From: an uncultured delta proteobacterium
GTDB taxonomy: Bacteria > Desulfobacterota > Binatia > Binatales > Binataceae
Reading direction: 5' to 3'
Assembly (NCBI GenBank): GCA_963724765.1
Contig: CAVRVY010000003.1
Coordinates: 128,001 to 192,000 of the forward strand
DNA: 64,000 bases
A program made the position numbers and the translations under genes. This document shows, in pieces, positions 63,209 to 64,000 of this stretch (its first letter is position 1; the number at the start of each line of letters is the position of its first letter). The notes under the pieces were generated by a model. That model saw only the letters and a program-made list of their open reading frames with translations. It was not told where the DNA came from and searched no databases.

Positions 63209-64000
63209 ATGTGGAGAAAAGTTGTCAACATTTTGATGTTCGGCCTGACCGGGTTCTGCGCCTTCATGTCGGTTGGCATCCTTTTTTTCATACTCAGCTA
63301 CCTCTTCTGGCAAGGCTGCACCAGCCTTAGCTGGAACTTCTTTACAAAACTCCCTACGCCGGTGGGGGAGCTTGGCGGGGGAATGGCCAACGCGATCGTC
63401 GGTAGCGGAAAGCTGTTGTTGTTGGCAACGCTGTTCGGGGTACCAGCAGGCTTCCTAGCCGGCGTCTACCTGGCCGAATTCGGTGGCACTATGTTCCCGC
63501 TTGCGGTTCGCTATACCACTGATCTGCTCAACGGTGTTCCGTCTATTGTCATGGGCATCTTTGCCTATGCGCTGGTGGTCCAGCCAACACATCATTTTTC
63601 CGCCTTTGCGGGAGGGCTGGCGCTCGGCGTTATGATGATCCCGATATCGCTGCGTAGCACCGAAGAGTTCCTGCGGGCCGTGCCTCAAAGTCTTCGCGAA
63701 GGCGCCGTCGCTTTGGGAGCGAGTAAATCCAGAGCGATTTTTACGATAGTTGTGCCCGCTGCAATGAAGGGCATTGTAACCGGTACCATGCTCGACTTGG
63801 CACGAGTTGCCGGCGAAACGGCGCCACTCCTATTCACGAGTTTCAGCAACCGCTTCTGGAGTCCCGGCTGGAATCATCCGATGGCCTCGTTACCTGTGAT
63901 GATTTTTACTTACGCGATCGCACCCTACCCTGATTGGCATCGCCAAGCGTGGGCGGCGGGCTTCGTGCTGGTAGCGGCGGTGCTGGCGGTTAATACGATC
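63209..64000 (+). CDS. pstA: Phosphate ABC transporter permease; runs off the right edge
   Basis: Manual translation MWRKVVNILMFGLT...GGMANAIVGS...LNGVPSIVMG...ARVAGETAPLLFT. Confidence 0.93.
   Translation, partial: MWRKVVNILMFGLTGFCAFMSVGILFFILSYLFWQGCTSLSWNFFTKLPTPVGELGGGMANAIVGSGKLLLLATLFGVPAGFLAGVYLAEFGGTMFPLAVRYTTDLLNGVPSIVMGIFAYALVVQPTHHFSAFAGGLALGVMMIPISLRSTEEFLRAVPQSLREGAVALGASKSRAIFTIVVPAAMKGIVTGTMLDLARVAGETAPLLFTSFSNRFWSPGWNHPMASLPVMIFTYAIAPYPDWHRQAWAAGFVLVAAVLAVNTI

Overview
GC-rich bacterial accessory region, probably a composite genomic island. A soil or peat lineage such as Binatota is only a guess from gene style. Left (1-17 kb): a large serine recombinase (LSR) with DUF2924, an unusual IS630-type transposase with an IS21-IstA-like N-terminus, a few catabolic genes among many short gene fragments, a phased CAGGGAATT repeat array, and a ParB-DNA methylase/DUF5681/terminase-large-subunit operon with no portal, capsid or tail genes. 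Middle (17-50 kb): cargo of a YddA-like ABC transporter, an IS481-like element, GH65/beta-PGM/GlgX, USP, an RbbA-type ABC exporter with TolC, Crp/Fnr, a TetR-VOC-FAH-flavin monooxygenase cassette, and xfp-phosphatase-glgP-pgm-malQ-tal-pgi'. An IS21 joins truncated pgi to the 3' half of a second LSR, which ends 17 bp before a tRNA-Thr(CGT) 3'-half (att-like). Right (54-64 kb): acr3 divergent from arsR-arsC fusion, gapdh, arsJ, arsC, pstS, a pstS remnant and pstS-pstC-pstA, with candidate 11-bp-phased Pho boxes. Best candidates for something undescribed are the capsid-less terminase/methylase/LSR element with its cis motifs, the IstA-IS630 chimera, and the arsenate-phosphate operon with possible dual ArsR/Pho control. 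Family assignments come from motif recognition only; no database searches were run. Several frameshifts lie in short homopolymers and may be sequencing errors.
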